Of a DNA stretch of 64,000 bases, positions 49,425-56,497 are shown one piece after another. The position numbers and the translations under genes are program-made. Below the pieces are notes generated by a model. That model did not search any database. It worked only from the letters and a program-made list of their open reading frames with translations, and was not told the origin of the DNA. Position 1 is the stretch's first letter. Every line of letters starts with the position of its first letter. The stretch is from an uncultured virus (IMG/VR IMGVR_UViG_3300002071_000003) (Duplodnaviria > Heunggongvirae > Uroviricota > Caudoviricetes). The DNA lies in IMG/VR virus record IMGVR_UViG_3300002071_000003, positions 1 to 64,000 of that record; one strand, given 5' to 3'.

Positions 49425-50150
49425 CTAACCAAGTATCCCTTTAACTTCTTCCATAACATCAAACAACTCATACTCCTTTTCCATTACTATATTCCTATCT
49501 ACCTCTTGTGTCAAGCCTATTTCTAGGGGCATATTCAAGGAGGCTGAGTAGTCATACCATTTAAATAAGCCACCCTCTTGATGTGCATGGCTTAATATTC
49601 TAGGAGCAATTTCAATTCTTCTCGGTATACCAAAGGCGTCTGCTAAAATAATTCCGTGTAAAGATGAACTAACTATCTTTTTACATTCCCCTATCTCTCT
49701 TATAACATCTAGAGGATCGTCTGCAACGCGGATGATCTTAGGATTAAACTTAATAAATCTAGGATCATGTTCTAATACATTATCTGTCCAATGTGGAACA
49801 AGTCCAAGGTTATATTTCTTTTCTCCCCTTGGTACTAGCTCATCTGCTAATAAACCGATATCAGCTAGAACAAAATTTCCCTTTAGCCCCTTTGCCGAAA
49901 GGGGTCCGCGTGCTGCTAGAATTTTAGCATTTGGAAAGGTACGTTCTGTTTTCTCGTGTAACTTTCCGGCCCCTGCAATAACCCCTTCCCACTCATTGGG
50001 AAGTCTGTCCATTACAGAACCAGCCATAACCAATTCTGCATACTCAGGTTCAGACCACTCGGAATCTAAATGTGCAAATCTAGTTAATAATAAGGAGGTT
50101 AAAAGATCGCCAAAATTTTTTCTATTCTTCCAGTAATATACCTTTACCAT
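49425..50150 (-). CDS. polysaccharide pyruvyltransferase family protein
   Basis: NFGDLL, GSV, RGPLS, D.GLL, VPHW and SSSLHGIILADAFGIP. Confidence 0.9.
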   Translation of the reverse strand: MVKVYYWKNRKNFGDLLTSLLLTRFAHLDSEWSEPEYAELVMAGSVMDRLPNEWEGVIAGAGKLHEKTERTFPNAKILAARGPLSAKGLKGNFVLADIGLLADELVPRGEKKYNLGLVPHWTDNVLEHDPRFIKFNPKIIRVADDPLDVIREIGECKKIVSSSLHGIILADAFGIPRRIEIAPRILSHAHQEGGLFKWYDYSASLNMPLEIGLTQEVDRNIVMEKEYELFDVMEEVKGILG

Positions 50151-50186
50151 TTGTCATTAGCAACCCCCTGTGCCTTACTAAAAGTT

Positions 50187-50263
50187 TGGCGCGCTTGGCA
50201 GGATTCGAACCCGCATCAAGAGGATCGAACTCTCTTACACTAAATCCATTGTGCTACAAGCGC
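50187..50263 (-). tRNA. trnR: tRNA-Arg(UCG)
   Basis: GCGCTTG/CAAGCGC-G-CCA; loop GTTCGAT. Confidence 0.8.
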
Positions 50264-50347
50264 ATTATGTGGGTGTGTGACAAGGCCCCCGCTACCTTAT
50301 AGCCATCTTTCAAGAGCTTTCATACAGACTATCTTCGGCATAATTTT

Positions 50348-50421
50348 TGGCTGGCCTACAAGGATTCGAACCTCAATTTATTGGTCCAGAGCCAATCGTC
50401 CTACCATTAAACGATGGGCCA
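50348..50421 (-). tRNA. trnQ: tRNA-Gln(CUG)
   Basis: Loop CTCTGGA; TTCGAAT T-loop; CCA. Confidence 0.92.
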
Positions 50422-50425
50422 GCGA

Positions 50426-50500
50426 TGGTCCGCTCACAGAGAATTGAACTCTGATTTGCTGCCTGAGAAGCAACCGTCCTCACCATTAGACGATAAGCGG
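50426..50500 (-). tRNA. trnE: tRNA-Glu(CUC)
   Basis: Loop TTCTCAG; CCA. Confidence 0.88.
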
Positions 50501-50504
50501 AAGG

Positions 50505-50579
50505 TGGTAGCCCCAACGAGAATCGAACTTGTATTTTTACTTTATCAGAGTAGCGTTCTAACCGTTAAACTACAGGGCT
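50505..50579 (-). tRNA. trnI: tRNA-Ile(GAU)
   Basis: Loop CTGATAA; CCA. Confidence 0.9.
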
Positions 50580-50784
50580 ATAATAATTCATCTGGTATAG
50601 TTACAACGGATAAGATTTCTTCTATCCTATCAAAAATAGGAAGGACTTCCTCTATTTTAGCCCAAAGGGGCGATAACTCTTCATCCGCTATATCACTCGA
50701 TTTAAGACCCCACTGCAAAGCTGAGTAAACTCCACCTTCCCAGTCTACTTTTGCAGTGACTTCTTCTAAAGACCATTTAGCCAT
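50578..50784 (-). CDS. small acidic hypothetical protein
   Basis: GAGG SD; lies between tRNA genes. Confidence 0.6.
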   Translation of the reverse strand: MAKWSLEEVTAKVDWEGGVYSALQWGLKSSDIADEELSPLWAKIEEVLPIFDRIEEILSVVTIPDELL

Positions 50785-50804
50785 TTTAATCCTCTATAAA
50801 AATT

Positions 50805-50880
50805 TGGTCCCACTGACCGGAGTCGAACCGGCGCTTTATGATCGACAGTCAAACGTACTAGACCGTTATACTACAGCGGG
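50805..50880 (-). tRNA. trnD: tRNA-Asp(GUC)
   Basis: Loop CTGTCGA; CCA. Confidence 0.9.
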
Positions 50881-50884
50881 ATAT

Positions 50885-50960
50885 TGGGGTGATCTACGGG
50901 ACTTGAACCCGTACTGTTAGTGCCACAGACTAAAGTGCTAACCATTACACTAAGAACACC
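50885..50960 (-). tRNA. trnH: tRNA-His(GUG)
   Basis: Loop CTGTGGC; encoded G-1 opposite C73; CCA. Confidence 0.9.
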
Positions 50961-50966
50961 AAGTTA

Positions 50967-51035
50967 TTATCTTCGTGAAATTCCAAATCCACCGAAGACA
51001 AGTAAGAGAATTAAGACTATTACTAATAGCTCCAT
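50967..51035 (-). CDS. 22-aa single-TM microprotein (not in ORF track)
   Basis: GGAGGTA SD; MELLVIVLILLLVFGGFGISRR. Confidence 0.7.
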   Translation of the reverse strand: MELLVIVLILLLVFGGFGISRR

Positions 51036-51055
51036 TTTGTTACCTCCAAGAAGTT

Positions 51056-51132
51056 TGGTGAGCCAGAAGGGACTTGAACCCTCATGCGCACGGATTAAGA
51101 GTCCGTCGTTCATCCATTTGAACTACTGGCCC
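51056..51132 (-). tRNA. trnK: tRNA-Lys(CUU)
   Basis: Loop CTCTTAA; CCA. Confidence 0.93.
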
Positions 51133-51223
51133 AATAGTTGGTAGACCCTATTTACATCTTTCTTCTACCCGATAGGCGTGGCACCCTTATCGTCTCTTTC
51201 GCATGTAAACCTAATAAAGTTTT

Positions 51224-51298
51224 TGGTGAGCCGCGGGAGAATCGAACTCCCAACTTATGGATTAAAAGTCCCTTACTCTGCCATTGAGTTACCGGCCC
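51224..51298 (-). tRNA. trnK: tRNA-Lys(UUU)
   Basis: Loop CTTTTAA; CCA. Confidence 0.93.
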
Positions 51299-51383
51299 AT
51301 AATTACTGGCCCCTATCCAGAGCACGTCGGACTGTCTACCGCTATGCCGATAAATGTTACGGACTTTCTACACGCCAGCGCTT

Positions 51384-51716
51384 TTACTTTGTAACTGCTA
51401 CCTCATAATCACTTTCTTTATCTGTTACCTTAATTCTAGACTTGCAGACTGGGCAAGCTTTAACTTCATTTAATTCGGCCCAAAACTTTCCAGGGCATAA
51501 CGGCTTGGGGCAAAAGATTTGATATAAATACTTAGTAGTAGGGGTAGTATAACCATAAGTATATGGATACCAATAATGCCATCCAGTACAACCACACCCA
51601 TAAACGGTACAACTAGTTGAAGTGCCAGAGGTACTATCTACTGTAAGACTATTTGTAACCAGTGTTTCTTTTCCACTATCACTATTTATTGTATAGCTAT
51701 AATCATAGTTTCCCAT
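51384..51716 (-). CDS. hypothetical zinc-ribbon protein
   Basis: GAGG SD; CPKPLC...CPVC. Confidence 0.6.
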   Translation of the reverse strand: MGNYDYSYTINSDSGKETLVTNSLTVDSTSGTSTSCTVYGCGCTGWHYWYPYTYGYTTPTTKYLYQIFCPKPLCPGKFWAELNEVKACPVCKSRIKVTDKESDYEVAVTK

Positions 51717-51737
51717 TTCCTTACCTCGCTTTAAATT

Positions 51738-51812
51738 TGGTGCCAAGAGTCAGAATCGAACTGACTACGCGCGGACCTTCAAACCACCGCTCTACCAATG
51801 AGCTACCTCGGC
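51738..51812 (-). tRNA. trnF: tRNA-Phe(GAA)
   Basis: GCCGAGG acceptor; loop TTGAAGG; CCA. Confidence 0.88.
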
Positions 51813-51837
51813 ATATAACTGTTCGCTTTCTATAGTT

Positions 51838-51911
51838 TGGCATGGCGACAGAGACTCGAACTCTGATCAATAGTTTTGGAGACTATCATGTTTCCATTAC
51901 ACCATCACCAT
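51838..51911 (-). tRNA. trnW: tRNA-Trp(CCA)
   Basis: Loop CTCCAAA; G73; CCA. Confidence 0.92.
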
Positions 51912-51918
51912 GCGGGTT

Positions 51919-51993
51919 TGGTACTGTAACGGGGAGTCGAACCCCGATCTTCGACTTGGCAAGCCAATATAATAACCGTTATATTACTACAGT
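51919..51993 (-). tRNA. trnG: tRNA-Gly(GCC)
   Basis: Loop TTGCCAA; atypical A1-U72 and A73. Confidence 0.88.
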
Positions 51994-51995
51994 AT

Positions 51996-52071
51996 TGGTG
52001 CGCCATGCCGGATTCGAACCGACACATTCAATTTGGAAGACTGACATGCTGCCGTTAGACATTAATGGCGC
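51996..52071 (-). tRNA. trnG: tRNA-Gly(UCC)
   Basis: Loop CTTCCAA; GCG acceptor; A73. Confidence 0.92.
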
Positions 52072-52408
52072 TTTGTTGTTCTTGTTCCCTTTTTATTCTG
52101 CTTTTAGATACCCATACCTTTCCAAACGCAATCCCATTCTCTGTTGCAAATACCGCCCATTCTATAGGCAATTTATTCTCCTTGGCAATATTGCAGGGAT
52201 TACAACTCGGTGTTGTATACGTACCTTCCAAACTCTTAGGGTATACATGATCCCTCGTTACCTCATCCTGCGGAAGGAATCTTCCACAATATGAGCATTG
52301 AATCTGATTGGTCCGTTCATCCCACATGAAATGAAAGTCGAAGGGAAAGTTCCCGGTTATCTTTGCCGCGAATAACCACGAAGTACGCATTCTTCGTTTC
52401 TTTACCAT
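52055..52408 (-). CDS. HNH endonuclease
   Basis: CSYCG...TRDHVYPKS.G...SCNPCNIAK; true start may be the ATG at 52327. Confidence 0.85.
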   Translation of the reverse strand: MVKKRRMRTSWLFAAKITGNFPFDFHFMWDERTNQIQCSYCGRFLPQDEVTRDHVYPKSLEGTYTTPSCNPCNIAKENKLPIEWAVFATENGIAFGKVWVSKSRIKREQEQQSAINV

Positions 52409-52474
52409 AATTATTACTGCTGATTTGCACCCAATATTGGGCTAAATTCAGGTTACAACCTCCTTATATTAAAA

Positions 52475-52549
52475 TGGTCAAGGTGAAAGGAATCGAACCT
52501 TCTCTGTAACGCCCCAAACGTCATGTGCAGTCCTTTACACTACACCCTG
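52475..52549 (-). tRNA. trnP: tRNA-Pro(UGG)
   Basis: CAGGGTG acceptor; loop TTTGGGG; CCA. Confidence 0.92.
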
Positions 52550-52738
52550 ATATATTGAGTCTGTTTCAACCCATGCAGTTTCCAAAATCTTATTGCACAT
52601 ATGGCCTCTTGGGTCTACAAGGCCACGTCCATAATGCATTAACCAAGTCCACTCATCCATTACCCTAAAGTCTAATCTACAACCACACTCTACGCAGTAG
52701 GGCCAAACAAGCCTTCCATCCCTTACTAGACTAACCAT
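52535..52738 (-). CDS. small Cys/His hypothetical protein
   Basis: CVECGC...H...HMC; 3' end overlaps tRNA-Pro. Confidence 0.55.
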   Translation of the reverse strand: MVSLVRDGRLVWPYCVECGCRLDFRVMDEWTWLMHYGRGLVDPRGHMCNKILETAWVETDSIYQGVV

Positions 52739-52925
52739 TATGGCTCCTATACTTAGATTTAATCTGCATTGCTAATCCTGCTCTCACTAAATTCTGATAG
52801 GACTTACCAAAACGTATCTCTGCTGCTGATCCACCATTATCCTTGGCTTTACATTCCCGTATCTCTTTACAAGCAAGGTCATACCTATTTAACAGGAGTT
52901 GATTATTAACTGTATCTAGTATCAT
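52731..52925 (-). CDS. hypothetical protein
   Basis: GGGGG SD upstream of ATG 52925. Confidence 0.55.
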   Translation of the reverse strand: MILDTVNNQLLLNRYDLACKEIRECKAKDNGGSAAEIRFGKSYQNLVRAGLAMQIKSKYRSHNG

Positions 52926-52943
52926 TTTATACCCCCGAAGGTT

Positions 52944-53021
52944 TGGCGCGCCTGAAAGGATTCGAACCTTCAAACCTTGACGTTAGAACCGTCCTGCTCT
53001 AGTCCGTTGAGCTACAGGCGC
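52944..53021 (-). tRNA. trnR: tRNA-Arg(UCU)
   Basis: GCGCCTG/CAGGCGC-G-CCA; loop GTTCTAA. Confidence 0.9.
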
Positions 53022-53026
53022 ATATA

Positions 53027-53581
53027 TTAAACTCCCGCAAATATCTTTATCACAGCAACCAAAAGACCAGCAAGTGATATAGCTGTAGCGATAGATAAAC
53101 CAATTAGCCAACGGCTATTAACAGCAAGTTTATCTAATAATTGTTGCGTAGCGTCCTGTCTAATTGTAACCTTTTCTTCATTTAAAAGTTTACTATCATA
53201 AACCTCAAACTTACTCTCTATTTTTTCTATTAAAGCTTTATGCGACTGATCAAATCTCTCAACGGTCATATATTTATTAGAGTCTTTACTTAAAGTATCT
53301 ATTTCAAGTTCTACACTAGTAAGCTTAGCTTCTACAGCATCTTTTGTTATAAAAGTAGCTGCTTGATCCTTAAGTTGTCCACGAAACTCATTCATAGTAT
53401 CGAGTCTACGATCTTGCTCTATTTTAGCAAGACGACGGGCCTCTTCAATAGAGCTAAGTTTCTCGTCTATAAACTTATCCCTTGCATCAGTAAGCTCCCT
53501 TTCGTGAATTATTCTTCTATCTACGTAATTTTGTGTATCAACTGTGTCTTCTTTGTAATCTTTATTGTTCTCAATGGGCAC
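53027..53581 (-). CDS. coiled-coil protein with a C-terminal TM helix
   Basis: RRLDTMNEFRGQLKDQAATF; C-terminal WLIGLSIATAISLAGLLVAVI. Confidence 0.7.
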   Translation of the reverse strand: MPIENNKDYKEDTVDTQNYVDRRIIHERELTDARDKFIDEKLSSIEEARRLAKIEQDRRLDTMNEFRGQLKDQAATFITKDAVEAKLTSVELEIDTLSKDSNKYMTVERFDQSHKALIEKIESKFEVYDSKLLNEEKVTIRQDATQQLLDKLAVNSRWLIGLSIATAISLAGLLVAVIKIFAGV

Positions 53582-53607
53582 TTACCTCAACTCCGAGCAT
53601 GGTAAAA

Positions 53608-53684
53608 TGGTGGTTTCGGAGAGATTCGAACTCTCACTAACTTGCTCCTAAGGCAAGCGCCTCTACCAGTTGGGCTACGAAACC
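53608..53684 (-). tRNA. trnL: tRNA-Leu(UAG), short variable arm
   Basis: Loop CTTAGGA; 77 nt; CCA. Confidence 0.9.
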
Positions 53685-53897
53685 ACAGTTTAAGTTACTC
53701 CTTGACCTTTTGGTTAGCCACAATGGGCTAAGTATGCTCTACTACGTTCCTCTCCTAAGATCAGGCCAAACTTTCAGTTGCTTTTTAACAACTCTTTTTT
53801 TCTTTGGCTGAATTTCTGCTTTTGTTACCGATGTTACTACCGACTTTAGGTTAAACATTGATAACTGCTGAAACTCCATTTTATCATCCTCTAATTT

Positions 53898-53982
53898 TGG
53901 TAGTCCGAGAGAGATTCGAACTCTCATGCATTTTAAGCGCCTGATTTTGAATCAGGTGTGTATACCATTCCACCACCGGACC
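53898..53982 (-). tRNA. trnL: tRNA-Leu(CAA)
   Basis: Loop TTCAAAA; long variable arm; CCA. Confidence 0.92.
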
Positions 53983-53997
53983 GTCTTTCAACTGTTT

Positions 53998-54549
53998 TTA
54001 TTCTGTAACCCTTAATATCTCAAAATCAAAGCATCTTTGTGTCACTCTTATAAAGCTTTCAGGATATCCATCCTGTGGACCAAGTGCTGGAAACGTATCA
54101 TTCATGATATCTGCTACAGTAGTACCCATGTACTTGATATCCTTGATTTCAAATCCCCGGCACACTTCCAAATACTGGTGCATGATATCAACAGTAAAAC
54201 CTGTCTTATGAAACTCTCCCTCATGACGCTGATTACCAAAGAGAATATCCATACTCCAATCAGTTTGCTGGTGCTTTAACCACCAAGCACAGGCCCATTC
54301 TAAATCAGGAACAACTATCTCTAACTTGCCCCCTACTTTTAATACCCGTTTCCACTCACGTAAAGTGGGCACAATCTCAAACTTAGATACGTGCTCTAGT
54401 GCATTATCACAATATATAACATCAACTTCCCCATCTTTATAGGGTAAATCCCACATAAGAGCATTTACATCTGCTTCGGTAAATGCATCAATACCTATAA
54501 AAGAGGAATCTGATGATTTACCCCCGCTTCCTATGTCTAACTTGATCAT
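53998..54549 (-). CDS. class I SAM-dependent methyltransferase (Methyltransf_11-like)
   Basis: LDIGSG, LEHV, EWKRVLKVGG..VPD. Confidence 0.9.
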   Translation of the reverse strand: MIKLDIGSGGKSSDSSFIGIDAFTEADVNALMWDLPYKDGEVDVIYCDNALEHVSKFEIVPTLREWKRVLKVGGKLEIVVPDLEWACAWWLKHQQTDWSMDILFGNQRHEGEFHKTGFTVDIMHQYLEVCRGFEIKDIKYMGTTVADIMNDTFPALGPQDGYPESFIRVTQRCFDFEILRVTE

Positions 54550-54732
54550 TTACGGATTATTCCTTGGCCCCCCTTGGGGATTGCCTTGTTGATGCTGATA
54601 TGGGCTAGTTTCTGCTAATACCTTTAGTCTTATTTCATCCTCAATTGCGATAATTCTATCTCGCATTTGCTTTTCTGAGCCTTGAAAATCTTTTAGCCAT
54701 TTCTTACCAGCTTCGGTTTGTACATTAGCCAT
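54550..54732 (-). CDS. hypothetical protein
   Basis: GGAGG SD. Confidence 0.6.
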   Translation of the reverse strand: MANVQTEAGKKWLKDFQGSEKQMRDRIIAIEDEIRLKVLAETSPYQHQQGNPQGGPRNNP

Positions 54733-54751
54733 TTAAATTACCTCCAAAATT

Positions 54752-54828
54752 TGGTAGCCTCGGACAGATTCGAACTGTCACTGTGCAGATTTTAAGTCTG
54801 GTTCCTCTACCGATTGGGATACGAGGCC
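54752..54828 (-). tRNA. trnL: tRNA-Leu(UAA), short variable arm
   Basis: Loop CTTAAAA; 77 nt; CCA. Confidence 0.9.
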
Positions 54829-54937
54829 ATAAAGCCATACCCTCGCCCGTTGAAAAACAAACAAAAGATATGGCATCTAGTTGTGGAAGAAAGGCACTCA
54901 ACCATTTGCAACTGCGGCTCTCTCATCCCACATACAT

Positions 54938-54967
54938 ACTATAACATAAACAGAGTGAGCACTTCAA
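54938..54967 (-). promoter_or_regulatory. sigma70-type promoter for the tRNA array
   Basis: Minus strand TTGAAG-18 nt-TATAGT with an extended -10 TG. Confidence 0.65.
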
Positions 54968-55015
54968 CTCACTTTTATCTCTTATTTTGAAGCGCACGAT
55001 AACCTCCAAGAGCGC

Positions 55016-56176
55016 CTATGCGCTTACGTTGTTCACGACGGTGTTGGTCATGCCNGCCTTNTCGNCATAGCCACCCGCCGTGTTTCCGTAGTACATATTG
55101 CCGATGACCAAATTATCGTTGGTCTGCGTGCCGCTGTATGAGCCAAGGTAGATGCCATACTGCTGCGTGGGCGAGTCCTGTGTATCGTAACACTGGTTGT
55201 TGCTCAGGATGTTGCGGACGCTTGCGCCCGGAGCGGAGTCGATGTAAATGCCGCTAAACGCCCCGGCGCTAGACCTGGAGTTCTGCTTGACGATGTTCAT
55301 GGCGAGCACGTTGCCAACCATCAACTCCCCGAAATACATCCCGTGCTTGTCGCAATCTTCAACATGGTTAGCGATAAGGGTGCAACCCTTCAACCCCAAG
55401 CCCGTAATGCCGAATTCGGACGCATTGTAGATGTGGTTTTCGTGGATGCGGTGCCCGAAGCCCATGTACAATTCGATGCCATACTTCATAAACGCGCCGA
55501 TATCGTTGTTCTTGGCGGTCAGGGAGTTTGTGTTCCCGGTGCAGATGCCGCAATAAGAGAAACGGTTGTCTACAACCCTAAGTTCCTCGCCGTATTCGAA
55601 GTAGATACCCCGCTTGTTTGTCGTCCCGGTCGAGCCCACGATATCGTTGTCGTGGAACGACGACCGCCAGAGATAGGCGAGGTGAAACACGTCATGGTCG
55701 CCCGTGACGCCGCGCTGGTCGATCCGCAGATGATCGACTTCGATGCCGGTGTTGCCGTTCGTAAGGTCGGAGTTCTCAAACATGTTGAAATCCAGCCCGC
55801 CGCCCGCCGCGATATCCGCCCCGAAGTACCCGCTCGGGTCGCCGTAGGAACCCTGCTCGCTGGTATGCATCGGCCGACCGGGACCTGTCAGGCGGACGAA
55901 ATTGGGGATGTTCAACGTGGCCGTGGTGATATAACACCCGCGTGGGAGCCAGACCGTACCGCCCCGATGGTTGGCATCCACAGCCGCTCCGGCCGCCGTG
56001 ATCGCCGCCTGAATGGCCGTCGTCTGGTCAGTCGCGTCGCCGGGGGCTCCATAGTCGGCCACGTTGAAGTAGCCGAGGGAGTTGCCGACGTGGGCAGCAT
56101 TCCATTCAGAAGGTAAAACTTCGCTCGTATCTCCACCATCTGACTTAGCAGAAACCTTAGCATGTGTAATTGGCAT
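55016..56176 (-). CDS. adaptor-fused pectate-lyase-like right-handed beta-helix (tailspike/depolymerase-like), high-GC body
   Basis: FNVADYGA.GD..DQTTAIQAAI...GGTVWLPRG.Y pectate_lyase_3 start and N..I..N..GI repeats; low-GC N-terminal MPITHAKVS..PSEWNAAH. Confidence 0.85.
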   Translation of the reverse strand: MPITHAKVSAKSDGGDTSEVLPSEWNAAHVGNSLGYFNVADYGAPGDATDQTTAIQAAITAAGAAVDANHRGGTVWLPRGCYITTATLNIPNFVRLTGPGRPMHTSEQGSYGDPSGYFGADIAAGGGLDFNMFENSDLTNGNTGIEVDHLRIDQRGVTGDHDVFHLAYLWRSSFHDNDIVGSTGTTNKRGIYFEYGEELRVVDNRFSYCGICTGNTNSLTAKNNDIGAFMKYGIELYMGFGHRIHENHIYNASEFGITGLGLKGCTLIANHVEDCDKHGMYFGELMVGNVLAMNIVKQNSRSSAGAFSGIYIDSAPGASVRNILSNNQCYDTQDSPTQQYGIYLGSYSGTQTNDNLVIGNMYYGNTAGGYXXKXGMTNTVVNNVSA

Positions 56177-56189
56177 TTTATCCCCTTCC

Positions 56190-56486
56190 CTAATAAACTC
56201 TATCTATTACTTCAAAGCCATTTGTCTGAGCTATTTCACGCCCCATTCCGTCTATTCCCCATCCCTCATACTCATACCAGCCGATTGTATTGGGGTGATA
56301 TATATAGGATAAATATCCTGAGTTTGTAGTTAAGTCTGTACCGGATACTGTTACGATATTTCCTTGGGGACTCTTAACACTTAACTTATAATAGATAGGA
56401 ACCATAGGCTGCTCGTTTAAGTCAAAGAACTCCATACGGATTTCTGGTGCTCCACCAAGTACATATACGTTTGGATTTATTGCCAT
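56190..56486 (-). CDS. small Ig/BppU-like virion adaptor protein
   Basis: F.D....P....VKSP.G...G...Y.Y.P...G.Y.Y pattern. Confidence 0.6.
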   Translation of the reverse strand: MAINPNVYVLGGAPEIRMEFFDLNEQPMVPIYYKLSVKSPQGNIVTVSGTDLTTNSGYLSYIYHPNTIGWYEYEGWGIDGMGREIAQTNGFEVIDRVY

Positions 56487-56497
56487 TCTATCACCCC

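Noticed and set aside
50414..52294. + strand ORFs across the tRNA array
   Set aside because: Antisense translations of tRNA genes
52944..53021. Amber suppressor tRNA (CUA) or stop-codon recoding
   Set aside because: Stem pairing centres the loop on UCU (Arg); TAG and TGA terminate genes normally and long genes are intact in code 11
54860..54930. tRNA-Cys in the leader of the tRNA array (TTGCAAA loop-like word)
   Set aside because: No T-arm, acceptor stem or CCA; only a leader hairpin (GTGGGA/TTCCAC)
55016..55100. Diversity-generating retroelement variable region
   Set aside because: No reverse transcriptase or template repeat seen in the window, and the N positions do not fit the AAC-codon pattern
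55248..56312. 257-aa + strand ORF and other overlapping ORFs
   Set aside because: Antisense shadows of the GC-rich beta-helix gene
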